A DNA stretch of 64,000 nt, from assembly GCA_965223545.1 (NCBI GenBank), contig OZ245006.1, positions 2,880,001 through 2,944,000 on the forward strand, in the 5' to 3' direction. The notes beneath the pieces are model-generated. The model was given only the letters and a program-made list of their open reading frames with translations, did not search any database and was not told the origin of the DNA. How positions within the stretch are numbered: the stretch's first letter is position 1; the number at the start of each line of letters is the position of its first letter. The translations under genes were made by a program, and so were the position numbers. Below, piece by piece: positions 60,889-64,000 of the stretch. The DNA is from Planctomycetota bacterium. Lineage in GTDB: Bacteria; Planctomycetota; UBA1135; UBA2386.

Positions 60889-62067
60889 TCAGGTGAGTCG
60901 CACGACTTCACCCAGCGTGGTCACACCGCTCGTCGCCAGACTGACGGCGTGGCGACGCATGCTCTCAATCCCCTTGTCGGCCAGCGATTGCTTGATCGAC
61001 GTGATGTCCGCACGGTTCTTGATCAGGTCGCGTAACTCGTCATCGAGCGCGGCCACCTCGTACGCACCGCAGCGACCGCGATAACCGGTGTCGAGACACT
61101 TGTGGCAGCCCTTGGCAATGGGCACGACGCTGCCCTTGGGAACGCAGATGCCACTCTCGTGTTCGACATCGCGGTCGAGCTTCACGCGTTGGGCACAGCT
61201 ACAGACACGGCGCAACAGGCGCTGCGCGATGACGCCAGACAACGCATGCGCGACGATGTGCGGCTCGATTCCGATGTCGAGGAGCCGCGTGATCGTGGCG
61301 ATCGCCGAGTTCGTGTGCATCGTCGACAGCACCATGTGACCGGTCAGACTGGCCTCGATCGCGATCTCGGTGGTCTCGATGTCGCGCATCTCGCCGACCA
61401 GGATCACATCCGGGTCCTGCCTGAGGATCGACCGCAACCCGTCGGCGAAGCTGAACCCGCCGCGCGGATTGACCTGGCCCTGCGTGATGTCCGGGATGAC
61501 CGCTTCGATCGGATCCTCGAGGGTGACGACGTTGCGCTCGTCGGTGTCGACCGCTCCCAGCATCGAATACAGCGTGGACGTCTTGCCCGACCCCGTTGGC
61601 CCCGTCACCAGCACGAGTCCACCGCTGCTCGCGCAGAACCGCTTGGCGTCGCGCAGCTGTCGCTCGCTCATTCCGAGCTCGGCCAGTGGAATCACCGCGC
61701 TACTGCGCAGCACCCGCAGCACGAGCTTCTCGCCGTGCACCGCAGGAAACGTCGACACCCGCAACGACGTCGGCCGACCGTCCGGGCCGGGCAGCTCCAG
61801 CGTGCCGTCCTGCGGCTGCCTCTTGGCGGTGATGTCGAGCTTCGCCAGGACTTTGACGCGCGAGACGAGGGTGTTGCCGGCTTCCACCGACAGCGGCTCC
61901 AACGGCACCAGCACGCCATCGACGCGCAGGCGCACGCGCGTCTCCTTCTCCTTCGGCTCGATGTGGACGTCCGAAGCCTTCAGCTCGCGAGCGCGATCGA
62001 CGATCTGCTCGAGCTGTTTGGCGGCTCCGTCGGTCGCCGCGCCGTTTCGTGGGGTCGTGCGCGCCAT
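60889..62067 (-). CDS. GspE/PulE/PilB-family secretion ATPase (short N-terminus)
   Basis: ASDVHIEP, RVDGVL, PQDG, GPTGSGKT (Walker A), TLEDPIE, LRQDPDVILVGEMRD, TGHMVLSTMHTN, four-Cys Zn motif; GAGGTGAGG RBS before ATG 62067. Confidence 0.95.
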   Translation of the reverse strand: MARTTPRNGAATDGAAKQLEQIVDRARELKASDVHIEPKEKETRVRLRVDGVLVPLEPLSVEAGNTLVSRVKVLAKLDITAKRQPQDGTLELPGPDGRPTSLRVSTFPAVHGEKLVLRVLRSSAVIPLAELGMSERQLRDAKRFCASSGGLVLVTGPTGSGKTSTLYSMLGAVDTDERNVVTLEDPIEAVIPDITQGQVNPRGGFSFADGLRSILRQDPDVILVGEMRDIETTEIAIEASLTGHMVLSTMHTNSAIATITRLLDIGIEPHIVAHALSGVIAQRLLRRVCSCAQRVKLDRDVEHESGICVPKGSVVPIAKGCHKCLDTGYRGRCGAYEVAALDDELRDLIKNRADITSIKQSLADKGIESMRRHAVSLATSGVTTLGEVVRLT

Positions 62068-62238
62068 CCTCACCTCGCTGGGATGCCCAGGGACCCTGCT
62101 CTCATCGGCATCTGCCGGCGACGACCTTCTGCGAAGTGCCGCCACCATCGCCAGCAGCCGGACAGTCGCGGAGGATGCAGACCAAATGCGGCAACCGTGT
62201 GGGATTCGGCAACCGCACTGCCGATAATTCCACCCCCC

Positions 62239-62490
62239 ATGGACGATCCCATCGAGACGATTCGAGCCCACCTACTCGAGCACTACCTGCAGGGCGTGAA
62301 GCCCGAGCGCATCAAGCCGGCCACGCCGCTGATCACCGGTGGACTGATGCGGTCGGCGGATATCCTCCAGGCCGTGACGTTCTTGGAGCGGCGGTTCGGT
62401 ATCCAGATCGGTTCCGACGAGATCCACCCCGACAATCTCGACACCCTCGAAGACATGGCGCGTTTCGTGGCAGGCAAGCAGTCGCCGTGA
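62239..62490 (+). CDS. Acyl carrier protein
   Basis: 83 aa; TPLITGGLMRSADIL..FLERRFGIQI..EIHPDNLDTL. Confidence 0.85.
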   Translation: MDDPIETIRAHLLEHYLQGVKPERIKPATPLITGGLMRSADILQAVTFLERRFGIQIGSDEIHPDNLDTLEDMARFVAGKQSP

Positions 62491-62592
62491 CTCAAGACGA
62501 GACCCGCGAGCCGCCGACAAGCAGCGCATCGGCTGCGACGGCTCGGGCGCACCGTTGCCGTCCGCCTCGGCTGCAGCTAAGACGGCGAGCTC

Positions 62593-64000
62593 ATGGACAA
62601 GACGCTTCAGTGTAGGATTCGCGCCCAGCTCGAGCAGAACGCCGGCCAGCGTGCGTTGGCGCACGTCGATGCGGAGGGGTGCTTTGCGTGGAAGACCGCC
62701 GGAGACGTCCACCGCTGGGCATCGGGCTACGCGTCCCACCTGACCGAGCTCGGCCTGCGTGCGGGCGACGTCTGCGTCCTCGCCCTGCAGAGCGACGAGG
62801 ACTGCATGGGGACGCTGATGGCGAGCCTGATGCTTGGCGCGAAACCGCTGCTCATCGCGCCACCCACGATCCACGTCAAGAAGGGATTCTCCAACCTCGC
62901 CCGCGTCCTGGGGCACGTCGTCGCCAAGGTCGAGCCGCGCGTCGTCATCGGCCCGACCGAGATCGCCGACATGCAACCCGAGCTGCAACGGGCGCACGGC
63001 GGCGCACGGTTCGTCTTCGGCACCGACGATCTCGCCGGCCCGGGTCCCACCGACCCGATCGAGATCCACAGCACCGCCCCCGCGGACACCGCCGTTCTCC
63101 AGCTGACCTCCGGCACGACGGGCCTACCGCGAGTCTGTGCTTGGACGCAGACAAACGTGATCGCGTCGCTCGAGGGCATGCAGGTGTCCATGGATCTGCG
63201 CGACGACGACATCTGCCTCAACTGGACCCCGCTCTACCACGACATGGGGTTGGTCAACAACTTCTTGCTGTGCTTCACCAGCGGCGTGCCGCTGGCCATG
63301 CTCGATCCCATCGACTTCGTCCGCAATCCGGTCCTTTGGCTGCGAGCCCTGCACGCGACGGGTGCAACACAGACTTGGTCGCCCAACTTCGGCTTCGCGC
63401 TGACCGCCGACAAGGCGCGCGCCGAAGACCTCGTAGGAGTCGATCTCAGTGGCGTACGCGCGTTCTGGAACGCCGCCGAGCGCATCCACCACGAGACCAT
63501 GGAGGCGTTCGCCGAGCGGTTCGCCGAGATCGGTGTCGCACCAGAGGCGCTGAAGACCAATTTCGGCTGCGCCGAGAACGTCGGTGGAGCGACGTTCAGC
63601 GACCCTCATGGTCGGTATCTCGTCGAGACCGTCGACCGGCGCCGGCTGTACGAAGACGGCATCGCCGAACCAACCGAGGACGCCACCCGAAGCGTGCCCA
63701 TCGTCGGCTGCGGCCGGCCCTGGCCCGGGCTCACGATCCACATCCTCGACGAAGATCGACAGCCACTTCCCGACGGCCACGTCGGCGACATCGCACTCGA
63801 CACTCCGTCCCGCATGATCGGCTACCACGGAGATCCCGAGCAGACCGCGACGGCCCTGCACAACGGCTGGGTCATCACCGGCGACCTCGCCTACCAGCGC
63901 GATGGCGAGCTGTTCTGGGTCGGCAGGTCGCGCGAGCGGATCGCGTACTTCGGCAAGAAGCTCGATCCCAGCGACTTCGAACGCGCTTTGCTCGGCATCC
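62593..64000 (+). CDS. Fatty acyl-AMP ligase / AMP-binding enzyme (partial, runs off window end)
   Basis: Manual translation from ATG 62593: LQLTSGTTGLPR, NWTPLYHDMGL, WSPNFGF, NAAERI, FGCAEN, TGDL, GRSRE. Confidence 0.9.
   Translation, partial: MDKTLQCRIRAQLEQNAGQRALAHVDAEGCFAWKTAGDVHRWASGYASHLTELGLRAGDVCVLALQSDEDCMGTLMASLMLGAKPLLIAPPTIHVKKGFSNLARVLGHVVAKVEPRVVIGPTEIADMQPELQRAHGGARFVFGTDDLAGPGPTDPIEIHSTAPADTAVLQLTSGTTGLPRVCAWTQTNVIASLEGMQVSMDLRDDDICLNWTPLYHDMGLVNNFLLCFTSGVPLAMLDPIDFVRNPVLWLRALHATGATQTWSPNFGFALTADKARAEDLVGVDLSGVRAFWNAAERIHHETMEAFAERFAEIGVAPEALKTNFGCAENVGGATFSDPHGRYLVETVDRRRLYEDGIAEPTEDATRSVPIVGCGRPWPGLTIHILDEDRQPLPDGHVGDIALDTPSRMIGYHGDPEQTATALHNGWVITGDLAYQRDGELFWVGRSRERIAYFGKKLDPSDFERALLGI

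Noticed and set aside
61102..62238. 462-aa ORF 61102..62490
   Set aside because: Only the last 83 codons (ACP) look real; the rest is antisense to the ATPase.
37634..64000. ACP and FAAL acting as an RTX-toxin acylation system for the giant protein
   Set aside because: No HlyC-like acyltransferase or pore-forming domain seen; proximity alone is insufficient.

Overview
High-GC, gene-dense bacterial window, most likely Planctomycetota. That call is inferred from an LEPRxLL-type leader, two ECF sigma factors with long C-terminal extensions and a PVC-type heme protein. Left part: a partial ECF sigma factor, a sugar-nucleotide/GT2/GT-C/SGNH surface-modification cluster and a heme-c lipoprotein. 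Next come a three-gene, translationally coupled cassette downstream of tRNA-Asp(GTC) (TIGR04255-like, WDG-motif protein, putative ADP-ribosyltransferase-like toxin) and a complete IS110 element whose non-coding end carries readable bridge-RNA guide matches to its own target and circle junction. The middle holds mostly housekeeping and accessory genes. Right part: a di-heme beta-propeller protein, a 7738-aa RTX/PKD-repeat surface protein with 31 near-identical 282-bp tandem units, an orphan GspE/PilB-type ATPase, an ACP and a partial fatty acyl-AMP ligase. All family calls come from motif recognition by eye; no searches were run.
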